64,000 bases of DNA. Source: Terriglobia bacterium. GTDB taxonomy: Bacteria > Acidobacteriota > Terriglobia > JAJPHL01 > JAPKYU01. The notes below the pieces were generated by a model. That model searched no databases. It saw only the letters and a list, made by a program, of their open reading frames with translations, and was not told the DNA's origin. Position numbers and translations under genes: made by a program. Every line of letters begins with the position of its first letter. Positions within the stretch are counted from its first letter, which is position 1. Where the stretch lies: contig CBDBKE010000002.1 of NCBI GenBank assembly GCA_965206645.1, positions 352,001 through 416,000 on the forward strand, in the 5' to 3' direction. Below are positions 1 through 9,928 of the stretch, piece after piece.

Positions 1-1055
1 CGGTCCTGCTCGCGGCGCTCCACGCGCCAGGCCATATCGGCGTCGGCCAAAAGCTCGGACGATCCCCTGTACTCCGGCGAGTTGGGCTTGTCGCTCTTGT
101 GCGCAATGACCAGCACGGTTCCGCCGGCGTTCACCAATTCTCGGAAGGCGGCGGTCACGCGGGCCATGTCCTCGGCGCTATTTTCGGCACCGCGAAAGAA
201 TCTGACCAGTGAGTCAAAGATTACCAGCGGGCGATGCTTGGCGCAGAAATCGAGAAGCCGACGGTCCCATATCGACGCTGGTTTCTCCTGGAGCCACTGC
301 CCCCAGTAGTGCAGGCCCTGCGGATTGCCCGCTTGCAAATATTTCTTGCGGCGGTTAACAACCGCCTCTGGATTCTCCCGGTTCAGCACCAGCGCTCGCG
401 TTCTTGCTGTCCGCTTCTGCGCGAAAGCGGCTCCCTGCGAAACCCGGACTGCCAAATCTATCTGCAGCCAAGACTTGAGACTCCCGCGCGCACCAACTAC
501 TAGCGCGAGCGACTGGCGCGGGATGAAATCTTCTACCAGGTACTCCAGCGGAACGTCGCGGACTGAATCTAGTCCTGGAACTTGCTCAAGGTCAGTGAAC
601 GTGGCGGCGTGACTGTTCTCAGCCAGGGTATTTCCGTGGTCCCGCAGGTCATCTAGTAGGGCTTCGGAGCCTTCGCTGTCGAGGGCTCGGTTTTCGATTG
701 CGCGGCAGGTGCGGATGATTTTCCGCAGGCGCGATTTTTCGCTGACAATCGCGGCATAGTGCTCGATGTTTACTGACCGTGGAAGACCCTCGGTCAAGCT
801 CGGCAATAGGCTTACTAGGCGGTGGGCGTTGTCTGCAATCAGCCGTTCGGTCAGTGTCACCGGGTCGATAGGCTCGCCGTCTTCCCTCATCGCAGCCATA
901 TGCCGCCAAAGCATCGCGTGGTCCGCAACGGTGAAATCTGCAGGCTGCAAGAACACAGTGGCCATCGCGGCGTTGTCCTGCAGCACGGCCCCGAGCACGG
1001 CGCATTCGGCATCGACGTTTACGGGCAGGCCCCTTGTTAAGATCGCGTCGCTCAT
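1..1055 (-). CDS. Replicative helicase-like protein: DnaB N-terminal domain + RepA/AAA_25-type P-loop ATPase (runs off window start)
   Basis: Absent from the ORF track; translated manually from ATG 1055, which overlaps the upstream stop (ATGA). MSDAILTRGLPVNVDAECAVLGAVL...EPIDPVTL...NIEHYAAIV (DnaB-N), then YLVEDFIPRQSLALVVGARGSLKS (Walker A), LVIFDSLVRF (Walker B), VLVIAH...YRGSS. Confidence 0.85.
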   Translation of the reverse strand, partial: MSDAILTRGLPVNVDAECAVLGAVLQDNAAMATVFLQPADFTVADHAMLWRHMAAMREDGEPIDPVTLTERLIADNAHRLVSLLPSLTEGLPRSVNIEHYAAIVSEKSRLRKIIRTCRAIENRALDSEGSEALLDDLRDHGNTLAENSHAATFTDLEQVPGLDSVRDVPLEYLVEDFIPRQSLALVVGARGSLKSWLQIDLAVRVSQGAAFAQKRTARTRALVLNRENPEAVVNRRKKYLQAGNPQGLHYWGQWLQEKPASIWDRRLLDFCAKHRPLVIFDSLVRFFRGAENSAEDMARVTAAFRELVNAGGTVLVIAHKSDKPNSPEYRGSSELLADADMAWRVERREQD

Positions 1056-1900
1056 CCCTCCCCCATCCATTTTTCCATCCGCTCTGCGGACCCAAAGACG
1101 TGCTGTAAGTCGGCATGGACCTTGGCCCGGTCATTCTGGCCCATGTGGAACGGGCTTCTCCGGATGGCGTCAACGCACCTGCACATTGCTTCGGTTGCTG
1201 CAGCCATCAGGGTAGGGCCTTTCAGGTCAGGATTCAGGTTCCGTCCAATTTCGATTGCTTCTCTTGCCCTGGCTTTGAGCATCTGCCGCCGCTTGTCAGT
1301 GAATCGGTACAAAGCTGCGTTCTTCCCCATTACCGTGAGGTAGTGTTGGTAGACCCTGCTGGTGATGTGGTGGTAAGCAGTCTCCGGGGGCGAATCCCCG
1401 AGAGCCGGCGAAGGAGCCTCCTTGGCGACTTCGCCAACGGTGTTAGTATTTCTTCTGTTTCCGTTTCCTTCTCTTTCTTGATAGGAGGAGTTGTCCTCGC
1501 GTGTCTCCCCGCGGGTGCCCTTACCGTTCTCCTCGCGCTTTTCATAGACGGGAGTGCGGTAATCCGTTGTTTTCTCAGTGTTCAGTAACCATCCGCTCCT
1601 CGCCCCCTTGCTGGCGAGGTACTTATTGATGAGAATTGGGTAACTTCCGTGGCGTCCTGGGATCGTGAACCGCTTGATGTAGCCGTCCCTTTCCAGGCTT
1701 TCTAGAACGTCGCGTGCATACCTCTCTTGATAGCCGTATCGAGCCGCCAGTCCTTTCGCGCTGGACCACACAATGCCGGTTTCGCAATCGGCTTCCAAAA
1801 TCAGGTGGGCGTAGGTGGCAAAATGCAAAGGCGGCAGTTTTCCTTGAACACAGTGATTGAGAATGCCCCGGCGCAGTTGGACGTAACCGCTCCAATTCAC
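1052..1900 (-). CDS. Putative phage-type replication initiator (N-terminal winged-helix, C-terminal phage-like helical domain)
   Basis: 282 aa; HTH-like segment SAKGLAARYGYQERYARDVLESLERDGYI, charged linker, C-terminal FTDKRRQMLKAR...SPFHMGQND; translationally coupled to the helicase. Confidence 0.6.
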   Translation of the reverse strand: MNWSGYVQLRRGILNHCVQGKLPPLHFATYAHLILEADCETGIVWSSAKGLAARYGYQERYARDVLESLERDGYIKRFTIPGRHGSYPILINKYLASKGARSGWLLNTEKTTDYRTPVYEKREENGKGTRGETREDNSSYQEREGNGNRRNTNTVGEVAKEAPSPALGDSPPETAYHHITSRVYQHYLTVMGKNAALYRFTDKRRQMLKARAREAIEIGRNLNPDLKGPTLMAAATEAMCRCVDAIRRSPFHMGQNDRAKVHADLQHVFGSAERMEKWMGEG

Positions 1901-2157
1901 AGCCTGCTCACCTCTGCTGCCCAGCGGCGCAGGACCGCTACCACCCTCCGGGCGCTGTCCTCCGACCCGTCCAGAGGAACACCAGCTTCACTCGCGGCTC
2001 GTGCGAAAATATCGCCCAGCCGGACCATTTGCGTCGGCTCGGCCTTGCCTTGTCCATCAATGTTTGAATGGGAATTGCTGCCGCCTGTCGGCCTGGGTTC
2101 CAGCCAGGCCGATAGGGTTTGAGGCTCGTTGTCAATCGCTCCCATCTCGTACTCCAC
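1897..2157 (-). CDS. Small hypothetical protein of the replication operon
   Basis: 86-aa ORF whose stop overlaps the next start (GTGA at 1897-1900). Confidence 0.45.
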   Translation of the reverse strand: MEYEMGAIDNEPQTLSAWLEPRPTGGSNSHSNIDGQGKAEPTQMVRLGDIFARAASEAGVPLDGSEDSARRVVAVLRRWAAEVSRL

Positions 2158-2362
2158 GATTAAGATTCAGCGTACGCGTTTAGAGTAGCGACCAACCTGG
2201 TACGTGCCAAGAATGCAGATTGCGGGTTACTTCGGGTTATTTCTGGTTTTTTGGAAGGAGATAATGTTTGAGGGATTCTACCGTTATCTTGCTGTTGTGT
2301 CCGCCACCCACAACTACCAAAGCTCCACTTCTTACGAGGTTTTGCCGTTGCCTCTCACTAAT

Positions 2363-4021
2363 CCCGGATTTCCTTTATGAACTATCGGCGGCAACCTTCT
2401 GAATGACTCCAACGTCAGTATTGATGCGGGTTCCAGCATCAACATTGCCTTCCGGAGGTGTACACCGAATGGGTGAGAGCCAAAAACAGGCGTTTCAACT
2501 GTCATTCAACCGGTTTCTGCGGGTCACATTTCAGGGATCGCGAATCACTTCCGACGGCGGTCTGATTGTGGTGCGCGAGTTGGACGAACGTTTGGGGTTC
2601 GGCGAACTTATCGAACAGCACTTGATCGACTCTCGGGGGAAGAACACCCGGTTGCCCCTCGCTGACTTGCTGCGGCAGTCCATCTACAGCCGCTTGGCAG
2701 GATACGAAGACGTCAACGACGCCGAGCGGCTTTCCCAAGATCCGACGTTCCGGCTGATCGGTTCGGAGAAGATCTGGGAACGTGGCGCAGCCCTGACTTC
2801 CCGGTTACAGTCGTTCGAGACAGAACTGCTGACGCAAGACGAGAACCTTGCTGGTTTGGCAGCGATCAACCGGGATTTGATCGCCAGGGCGGAAGCTATG
2901 GATGCGCCGCGCCGGGTGGTGCTGGACATGGACAGCACCGAGATCCCGGTCTACGGCGAACAGGAGCAGAGCGCCTACAACGGGCATTTCGAGTCGAGTT
3001 GCTATCACCCGTTGTTGCTGTTCAGTCGCGAGGGTGACTGTCTGGCGGCCAAGCTGCGACCCGGCAACGTGCACAGCGCCGAGGATTGGGAAGAACTTCT
3101 CCTGCCAGAGATCGAACGGCAGCAGAAGCTGGGCAAGGAAGTGGTGTTTCGCGCCGACGCCGCCTTCGCCAAGCCGGAGATCTACGACGCACTGGAGGAG
3201 CGGGACGTGAAGTATGCGATTCGCATCCCGGCCAACGACAGTCTGGAGAGGGACATCGCGGAGTTGTTGACGCGGTCAGTGGGGCGACCGAGCCACAAGC
3301 CGGTGGTCTGGTACAAGAGCTTTCTCTACCAGGCAGCCAGTTGGAAAAAGGCGCGGCGGGTGGTGGCGAAGGTGGAGTTCCACTTTGGCGAACTGTTCCC
3401 TCGCGTGGGGTTCATCGTCACCAATCTGGAGACCGACAGCCGGGCGGTGGTCCGGTTCTACAACAAGCGGGGCACCGCAGAGCAATGGATCAAGGAAGGC
3501 AAGCAGGCGGTAAAGATGACCCGGCTGAGTTGCCATCGGTTTCGGTCGAACGAGGTGCGCCTATGGCTGAGCCTGATCGCCTACAACTTGGGAAACCTGT
3601 GGCGGCGGCTGGTGCTACCGAAGAGGATCAACAACTGGTCGCTGACGAGTTTGCAGCAGCGGCTGGTGAAAACGGGCGGACGGCTGGTGAAACATGCGCG
3701 ATATTACTGGCTTTTGCTGGCCGAAGGGCACTTGAGCCGGAGGCTGTTCAGCAGCATGCTGCGAACGATCTCGGCACTGCCGCTGCCAGACGGCTAGCGA
3801 CCCAGGAGAGAGGGTAATTTTAGGTGCTCAGAAGTGGTCGGGCCGGACAAGTGTCAGCGGCGAGGCAGGCTGGGCAGGCGAAACCCGCACAGCGACTCCG
3901 AAGAACAGCCAAAATGTGCCGCACTACCACCTCAAAGAGGCCCGGGCGATTTGCGATTGACACGACAGGGTAAGAGGCATAGGTTTTCGGGTGAAGGGGA
4001 AGCTCAAAATGGAAATTCCGG
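2363..4021 (+). mobile_element. IS1380-family element (copy A)
   Basis: Terminal IRs CCCGGATTTCCTTTATGA / TCAAAATGGAAATTCCGG; no perfect target duplication. Confidence 0.92.
2403..3797 (+). CDS. IS1380-family DDE transposase
   Basis: TSDGG, LDMDST, YNGH...YHPL, RADAAF, YNKRG.AEQWIKEGK; the true start may be the later ATG (MGESQ). Confidence 0.95.
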   Translation: MTPTSVLMRVPASTLPSGGVHRMGESQKQAFQLSFNRFLRVTFQGSRITSDGGLIVVRELDERLGFGELIEQHLIDSRGKNTRLPLADLLRQSIYSRLAGYEDVNDAERLSQDPTFRLIGSEKIWERGAALTSRLQSFETELLTQDENLAGLAAINRDLIARAEAMDAPRRVVLDMDSTEIPVYGEQEQSAYNGHFESSCYHPLLLFSREGDCLAAKLRPGNVHSAEDWEELLLPEIERQQKLGKEVVFRADAAFAKPEIYDALEERDVKYAIRIPANDSLERDIAELLTRSVGRPSHKPVVWYKSFLYQAASWKKARRVVAKVEFHFGELFPRVGFIVTNLETDSRAVVRFYNKRGTAEQWIKEGKQAVKMTRLSCHRFRSNEVRLWLSLIAYNLGNLWRRLVLPKRINNWSLTSLQQRLVKTGGRLVKHARYYWLLLAEGHLSRRLFSSMLRTISALPLPDG

Positions 4022-4059
4022 TTTAATTGAGGTGATTCCCGCGGCTGCGCCGCCTCGCT

Positions 4060-4962
4060 TCAGCGCCCCTCGACCATGGTGAGGAAATATTGATGGAGGC
4101 GAGGGTCGGGGGTCAATTCCGGGTGGAACGTAGCGGCCAACAGGTACTGTTGGCGCACCAGCACCGCCGAACCCCGGCATTCAGCCAGCACCTGAACTCC
4201 CGGCCCAACCCGTTCAATGATGGGCGCGCGGATAAAGACCATCTCCAATGAAGAATCGGACCAGCCGCCAACGGGACTTTCTCGGCTAATACCTAAGTAT
4301 TGCTCTGCGGTTCTAAAAGTAACTGCGTCTTTGCCCCTAAGGAGTGTCGAGTCGCCCTTACGCTCCTTCCTGCGTGGAGCTTTCTTTTGAGGCGTGCGCC
4401 GTTCCGTCCCTTTGCTGGTGCCGCCTGCCTCTTTGTATCCAAGTTGCAACATCTCCTCTTCCGCATTGATGCGCCAGTCCTCACAAACCTCTTCGACAGC
4501 TTTTCCCAGGCGTAATCTGCCGGCACGGAAAGTCGCATCGGATTCCGGCAGTCCCCCCGCTGCGGCATAGCTTTGAAATTCTTGCCAAATACCAGTCGTG
4601 CGGCCCTGTATCGTCGGCAGGATTACCTTGTTAAACATTACCTGTACGAACTCCGGGGTTTTCTTCTCACCTTGCTTTTTCCAAACCTCACAGGCCGCGT
4701 TATATGCCTGCTCCGGGACTTTCCTGAGGTGCTCAATCTGGATCGCCAACTGCTCTAAGATAAAAGCCTGCCCCATGGGATTCTGTTGCAAGTGGATGCT
4801 GTTGGTCTCTTTTCTTGTTTGCGTGTCCCTCTGTTTTGCGATTCGGGTCAGTTTCAAACCGAGATGCCGCTGGTTGAAGCGGTCCCACAGGCTTCCTTCT
4901 GCCACAATAGTTAGTGGTCTGAATGAGCTGGTGCTGTGAGACTTACCCGCCTCTGCAGGCAA
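4060..4962 (-). pseudogene. pdxT: Chimeric ORF: hypothetical N-terminus fused in frame to the 3' part of pdxT (PLP synthase glutaminase subunit)
   Basis: C-terminus [22 protein letters not shown]...[11 protein letters not shown] carries the PdxT FIRAP and FHPE motifs; the N-terminal ~225 aa are unrelated and lack the catalytic-Cys region; junction about 4285. Confidence 0.75.
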
Positions 4963-5113
4963 CGGCCACCTCCTGAAAGCGGCTCCTGAAAGAAAATGCC
5001 CGGCAACCGGCTCAGGATTCCGGTGTTCGAGAGCTACCCTAGCCGGGCTTTCCGTCCAAGTTTACACGGGCAGGGCCCCCCTACTGACCTGCCGGCTTTC
5101 TTCGGACCACCGA

Positions 5114-6037
5114 TTACTGGAGAACAGCGCCAGTCGGCATGGTTAAGTCGCTCTCGTGTTCTTCTTGGTCAGCGTGAGCCGGCATCGCCGGCGAGCGCCC
5201 ACCGTCATCCGAGCCAGCACGGAGCTGCGCTTTGAACTCGGCTGGCGTCAGATAGCCAAGGCTCGAGTGCGGTCGCACGTCGTTGTAGTGCCGTCGCCAT
5301 TGCTCGATCCCCACCTTCGCGTCCACGCGGTTCCGAAACCACTGCAGGCTCAGATACTCGTCGCGGAACTTCCCGTTGAACGATTCGTCGGTCGCATTCT
5401 GCCACGGCTTGCCCGGCTCGATGAGCGCGGTTTCGATCTGCGCCTGGAGCAGCCACCGGAGAATCGCACCCGCAACAAACTCGGGGCCGTTGTCGGACCG
5501 GAGGTAACGTGGGGCTCCGTGGACGCTCACGAGCTGCGTGAGCACCTCGATAACGCGCCCGGACCGAATGCCGCCGGCCACGTCGATCGCGAGTGACTCG
5601 CGGGTCCATTCGTCGACGACGGTGAGGCACTTGAGCGTCTGCCCATTCGCGCAGGTGTCGAACACGAAGTCGTACGCCCAGACGTGATTGACCGCAGTGG
5701 CGGGCACCGGGCGGGGCCGGCTCAGGGCGACCCGGCGCCGCGGCCGCCGCCGAGGCACCTGCAACCCCGCCTGGCGCCAGAGGCGATGGGTCCGGTCCGT
5801 GCTCATCGTGTGCCCTTCGCGTTTTAGGAAAATCCGAATCCGGCGATAGCCGTACCGCGGATACTGCGCCGCCAGACGACGCATCGCGGCCAGCGCCGGG
5901 GCATCCCGGTCGACCAGCCGCGACTGGTAGCCCAGCGTGGACCGTGCGACGGAGAGCAAGGCGCACGCGCGGCGACCCGACAGACCGCGTGCACGTGCAT
6001 ACGCGACCTGCGGCCGGCGCACGCGTGCGCCTACCAT
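5114..6037 (-). CDS. IS3 OrfB (integrase core)
   Basis: YGYRRI, WAYDF, SDNGPEF, PGKPWQN..ESFNGKFRDE, YN..RPHSSLGY. Confidence 0.9.
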   Translation of the reverse strand: MVGARVRRPQVAYARARGLSGRRACALLSVARSTLGYQSRLVDRDAPALAAMRRLAAQYPRYGYRRIRIFLKREGHTMSTDRTHRLWRQAGLQVPRRRPRRRVALSRPRPVPATAVNHVWAYDFVFDTCANGQTLKCLTVVDEWTRESLAIDVAGGIRSGRVIEVLTQLVSVHGAPRYLRSDNGPEFVAGAILRWLLQAQIETALIEPGKPWQNATDESFNGKFRDEYLSLQWFRNRVDAKVGIEQWRRHYNDVRPHSSLGYLTPAEFKAQLRAGSDDGGRSPAMPAHADQEEHESDLTMPTGAVLQ

Positions 6038-6294
6038 TTTTTTCGGGTGATCTCCTTGAGCACGTCGATCTCCAGATCTCGATCGGCCACCATCTTTTTC
6101 AGCCGGCCGTTCTCCTGCTCGAGCTGCCGCAGCCGCTTCACATCGGCGGGCTCCAACGTGCCGAAGTGTTTCCGCCAGGCGTAGAGCGTCTGGGCGCTGA
6201 CGCCGTTCTTTTTGGCCACCTCCGGAACGGGCCGCTGATCGGCCTCGCGGAGGATCGTCACCATCTGCTCTTCGGTAAACCGGGTCTTCTTCAT
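6031..6294 (-). CDS. IS3 OrfA
   Basis: MKKTRFTEEQMVTILREA...GVSAQTLYAWRK...LEQENGRLKK. Confidence 0.92.
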   Translation of the reverse strand: MKKTRFTEEQMVTILREADQRPVPEVAKKNGVSAQTLYAWRKHFGTLEPADVKRLRQLEQENGRLKKMVADRDLEIDVLKEITRKKW

Positions 6295-6546
6295 GGCTCC
6301 CTCGTTTCTCCGAGGGCGCCATTCTCTCAGGCTTCAGCTGGTCCGGAAATCGCCAGGCAGGTCAATACTGCAACCCGGTTCTTGTACGGGTTATTCTGGG
6401 CTCCGCGGGTGCGCAGGGCACCCACCGCAGGGTGGGTACCCCTCTTGCGCTTGTGCATTGTAGGGGGGCCTGTGCGCGATGACCTGACCGGCACTTTTTG
6501 TACCAAGTGGAAAGAGAGAGAATCCACTTGAGGAGGAAGTGAGGTC

Positions 6547-6825
6547 ATGCCGACAAGGAGTTACAAGCCGGAGCAGATTGTAGCGGTGCTACGGCAGATA
6601 GAAGTGCAGATGGGGAACGGGAAGACTGCGCCCCAAGCCTGCAAAGAAGCTGGAATCCACACCCAAACCTACTACCGGTGGCGGAAGGAATACGGCGGGC
6701 TGAAGGTGGTGCAGGCAAAACGGCTGAAGGAGTTGGAGAAGGAAAACACGCGGCTGAAGCGGTTGGTAGCGGAGCTTTCTCTGGAGAAGCAGGTGCTGCG
6801 GGATGTGGCACAGGGAAACTTCTGA
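6547..6825 (+). CDS. IS3 OrfA
   Basis: YKPEQIVAVLRQIEV...QTYYRWRKEYGG...LKELEKENTRLK. Confidence 0.92.
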   Translation: MPTRSYKPEQIVAVLRQIEVQMGNGKTAPQACKEAGIHTQTYYRWRKEYGGLKVVQAKRLKELEKENTRLKRLVAELSLEKQVLRDVAQGNF

Positions 6826-7691
6826 GCCCTGAGCGGCGGCGTTGTGCGGTGGAGCGTGCGTGGGAGCAACACGGGTTGTCGGAACGGCATGCCTGCCGGC
6901 TGCTGGAGCAATGGCGAGGGACACAACGATACGAGCCGATTCATCGGGTGGACGAGGATGCTCTGACCCGAGCGATCATTGCCCTGGGAGCGAAGTACGG
7001 GCGATATGGCTACCGGAGGATCACAGCGTTGCTGCGGAGTGCGGGCTGGGAAGTGGGCAAGGACCGGGTGCAGCGGATTTGGCGGCGGGAAGGGCTGAAA
7101 GTGCCGCAAAAACAAAGGCCGCGAGGACGGCTGTGGCTGAACGACGGTTCCTGTGTACGACTGAGGCCGGAGCGACCGAACCACGTGTGGAGCTACGACT
7201 TCATGAGTGCCAGAACGCACGAGGGGAGAACGCTGCGGCTGCTGACCTTGCTGGATGAGTACACGCGGGAATGCCTGGCGATCCGGGTGGAGCGGAGGAT
7301 GGGCAGCCAACAAATCATTGAGGCGTTGTCGGACGTGATGTTGTGGCGAGGGATACCGGAACAGATTCGATCCGACAATGGTCCCGAGTTCATCGCCAAA
7401 CAACTGCGCCAGTGGTTGGCAAATCTAGGGACCGGGACACTGTACATCGAACCGGGCAGTCCCTGGGAGAACGGGTACTGCGAGAGTTTCAATGGGAAGC
7501 TGCGGGACGAATGCCTGAATGGAGAGATCTTCTACTCGTTGAAGGAGGCACAGGTGGTGATTGAACAGTGGAGGGTGCAATACAACACGGTGCGGCCGCA
7601 CTCGGCGCTCGGCTATAGGCCCCCGGCGCCGGGGGCCTATAGCCCTCCCCTGCCACTGAAACCAGTTTCACAGCCCCAGGCTGCGATGTGA
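6813..7691 (+). CDS. IS3 OrfB (via -1 frameshift)
   Basis: YGRYGYRRI, WSYDF, SDNGPEF, PGSPWENGYCESFNGKLRDE. Confidence 0.9.
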   Translation, partial: GKLLSPERRRCAVERAWEQHGLSERHACRLLEQWRGTQRYEPIHRVDEDALTRAIIALGAKYGRYGYRRITALLRSAGWEVGKDRVQRIWRREGLKVPQKQRPRGRLWLNDGSCVRLRPERPNHVWSYDFMSARTHEGRTLRLLTLLDEYTRECLAIRVERRMGSQQIIEALSDVMLWRGIPEQIRSDNGPEFIAKQLRQWLANLGTGTLYIEPGSPWENGYCESFNGKLRDECLNGEIFYSLKEAQVVIEQWRVQYNTVRPHSALGYRPPAPGAYSPPLPLKPVSQPQAAM

Positions 7692-7837
7692 ACTCTCACT
7701 ACGGTTGGTACAAAAAATCGGTCTGGTCAGGTGACGCTCTGAGCGGCCGAGTGAGGTCGTGATCGTGTCTCGGCTGCCACCATCGCGGTTCAACAAGCGC
7801 TTTCAGGCTACCTCCTTGTCGGCCGCAATACCGGATG

Positions 7838-7865
7838 GGTCTGCACTAACGGGCTAGTGTTTACC
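7838..7865 (+). other. dif-like 11-6-11 putative recombination site 1
   Basis: GGTCTGCACTA-ACGGGC-TAGTGTTTACC; matches the reverse complement of the sites at 12555 and 14626. Confidence 0.6.
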
Positions 7866-8161
7866 AACCAAGGATGTGAACCGCGCGCCGGGGGCAATCC
7901 TCCGTGAAGTGGCTGCCTGATCCCGGCTGAACCCCACCAGCACGGCAGGCGGAAGATCGCCGGGCGCGGCTGGCCGGGTCGTCGCGCTGGTTTACCCGTG
8001 GGAAGGGCTCGGATTTTGTGGCAGTGGGGATCGCGGATTCGGGCGGAAGGGGGCTCCCTTTTTCCGGAGGGAGTGGCGGAAAGTAGCGGTGGGAGGCTAC
8101 GTTTTGCTTGAAGGATGTTGAATGCTGCGTGGGTGTATCATACGGCGGCAGAAGGGTTGCG

Positions 8162-8255
8162 GTGATTGAGAAGCATGAGTTTGGGAAGTTGCGGGTGGAC
8201 GGGGATGAGTACCACCACGATGTCATCAGAGTGGTCAGACTTAGAGATTCTTAGC
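8162..8255 (+). pseudogene. N-terminal fragment of an Mth938-like domain protein
   Basis: GTG ATT GAG AAG...: MIEKHEFGKLRVDGDEYHHDVI, then an early stop. Confidence 0.4.
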
Positions 8256-8363
8256 ACAACCCAAAAAACGCAGTTGGGCACTCCGTCTTTTGTGGCGAAC
8301 ATGTTCTGCCAGGCTGACGAGATAGTGGGCCTGGTCGGGTCCCTACCTTGAGCGAGGAGAGAT

Positions 8364-9659
8364 ATGAAACGAAGAGACTGGCTTCGATGTGTCGCTGGGG
8401 GAGTTGTGTCCCAGCTGGTCTGCCCGGAGGTGAGCCGCGCCGCGCCCGAGCCTCTGCCGTGGCCTCAAAAGGACGGCGATCTGACAATCACGAGTGTCCG
8501 CCTGGTCAAAGTGCGGCCCAAACGCCCCGTCCCAACCTATACGCCGGACCCCAACTCCTGGATCGCGCGGGTACGACAAGGTACAGAAGAAATCGCCAGC
8601 CCGATGTCGATCTATCCCAAATACAAGCCGTCTCGTTCTTTGTTTGGGCCGGACGATGAGCGGCTGGGGCGAGTGTGGGTCGAGATCGGCACCAACCAAG
8701 GGGTGACCGGGCTGGCTCCGGGAGGTCCCGGAGGCGGACCCATCATCGGGGGTCACCTGGTGAAACTTCTGCTTGGAGAAAACCCGCTCAACGTTGAGCG
8801 GCTGTGGGATATCCTGTGGCGCTCGACGATGTCCTACGGTCGCAAGGGAGCCGTTCTGCACGCGATCAGCGGGGTGGACCTAGCCCTCTGGGACCTCGCC
8901 GGGAAGGTTTGGGGACTGCCTGTTTACAAACTTCTCGGTGGTGAGACGAAAGCCCGCATCCCGGCCTACTGCACGGGGAATGATATCGAGCAGCATGTCG
9001 AGTTCGGATATACGAAGCTCAAGCTGGCGCTGCCGCATGGTCCGGTGGACGGCAAAGAGGGGATTCGCAAGAACGTGGCGCTGGTGAAGCGTGCCAGGGA
9101 GGCGGTTGGACGCGCCGGCGAAGTCATGATGGACTGCTGGATGGCGCTGACCGAGCGGTATACGCTCGAATTGGCCGAAGCGTTCGAGCCCTATCGGGTC
9201 TATTGGTTGGAGGAGTGCTTGCCCCCTCACGACTACGAAGGAATGGGGCGGCTGCGGAAGCTGATTCGCTCCACGCGCCTCGTCACAGGTGAGCACGAAT
9301 ATACGCGGTATGGATTTCGGCAACTGCTCGAACACGATGCCGCCGATATCTGGCAGCCGGACGTACATTGGTGCGGAGGGTTGACCGAGCTACGGCGGAT
9401 CGGGGCGCTGGCTGCGGCCTACGACATTCCGGTCATCCCCCACAGCGGCGGTCAACGTGACTCGGCGCACTACATCACGGCGACGCCGAACACCCCGTGG
9501 GCGGAGTTCTCCCGAGGAGGGATGCCACCGCCCGGTGGCCCAGCGGTGGTCTATGAGCGCTACGAAGAGGACAACCTGTTGAGCCGCGGTCCCGAAGGCA
9601 TCTATACGCGTCCCTCGGACGAACCCGGGTTTGGGTGGGATCTGGAGGTTGCGAGCTAA
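8364..9659 (+). CDS. Enolase-superfamily (mandelate racemase-like) dehydratase, L-rhamnonate dehydratase-like, with Tat-type signal
   Basis: MKRRDWL; PMSIYPKYK..RS.FG, AISGVDLALWDL, KLKL, MMDCW, WLEE, GEHEYTRYGF, QPD..WCGG; GAGGAG RBS. Confidence 0.88.
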   Translation: MKRRDWLRCVAGGVVSQLVCPEVSRAAPEPLPWPQKDGDLTITSVRLVKVRPKRPVPTYTPDPNSWIARVRQGTEEIASPMSIYPKYKPSRSLFGPDDERLGRVWVEIGTNQGVTGLAPGGPGGGPIIGGHLVKLLLGENPLNVERLWDILWRSTMSYGRKGAVLHAISGVDLALWDLAGKVWGLPVYKLLGGETKARIPAYCTGNDIEQHVEFGYTKLKLALPHGPVDGKEGIRKNVALVKRAREAVGRAGEVMMDCWMALTERYTLELAEAFEPYRVYWLEECLPPHDYEGMGRLRKLIRSTRLVTGEHEYTRYGFRQLLEHDAADIWQPDVHWCGGLTELRRIGALAAAYDIPVIPHSGGQRDSAHYITATPNTPWAEFSRGGMPPPGGPAVVYERYEEDNLLSRGPEGIYTRPSDEPGFGWDLEVAS

Positions 9660-9928
9660 CCCCCAGCCAAACTGCTCTCTGAGAATAGCGGAGGTGCAGG
9701 TTGAAAGAGGGAACATGGAAGCGTAACGCGGTGTTCGCAGTCTGTATGGCCGTCGTTAAGGCAGCGCTAGCCCCCTCGAGCGCGTGTTCCTCCGGAAGCC
9801 GGAAACTCCGCCCCTGCGCAGGAACGTTTCAGCAAAGAAAAACCGGGACGGGCACACACAGCGACACACCCGGGAGATGAACAATAAGTGAATAGTCCTG
9901 GACTGTATTCTTCTTCAGGAGGGATCTG

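Larger units (their letters stand above)
5085..6364 (-). mobile_element. IS3-family element (IS407-like group)
   Basis: IRs TGACCTGCCGGCTTTCTTCGGACC / GGTCCGGAAATCGCCAGGCAGGTCA; orfA/orfB with an A7-TGG slippage site near 6035. Confidence 0.92.
6480..7734 (+). mobile_element. Second IS3-family element
   Basis: IRs TGACCTGACCGGCACTTTTTGTACCAA / TTGGTACAAAAAATCGGTCTGGTCAGGTGA; GGGAAAC frameshift motif near 6815; ends uncertain by about 5 bp. Confidence 0.88.

Noticed and set aside
8231-8262. GGTCAGACTTA-N7-TTAGCACAACC at the Mth938 fragment break as another recombination site
   Set aside because: Poor arm match and wrong spacer length.
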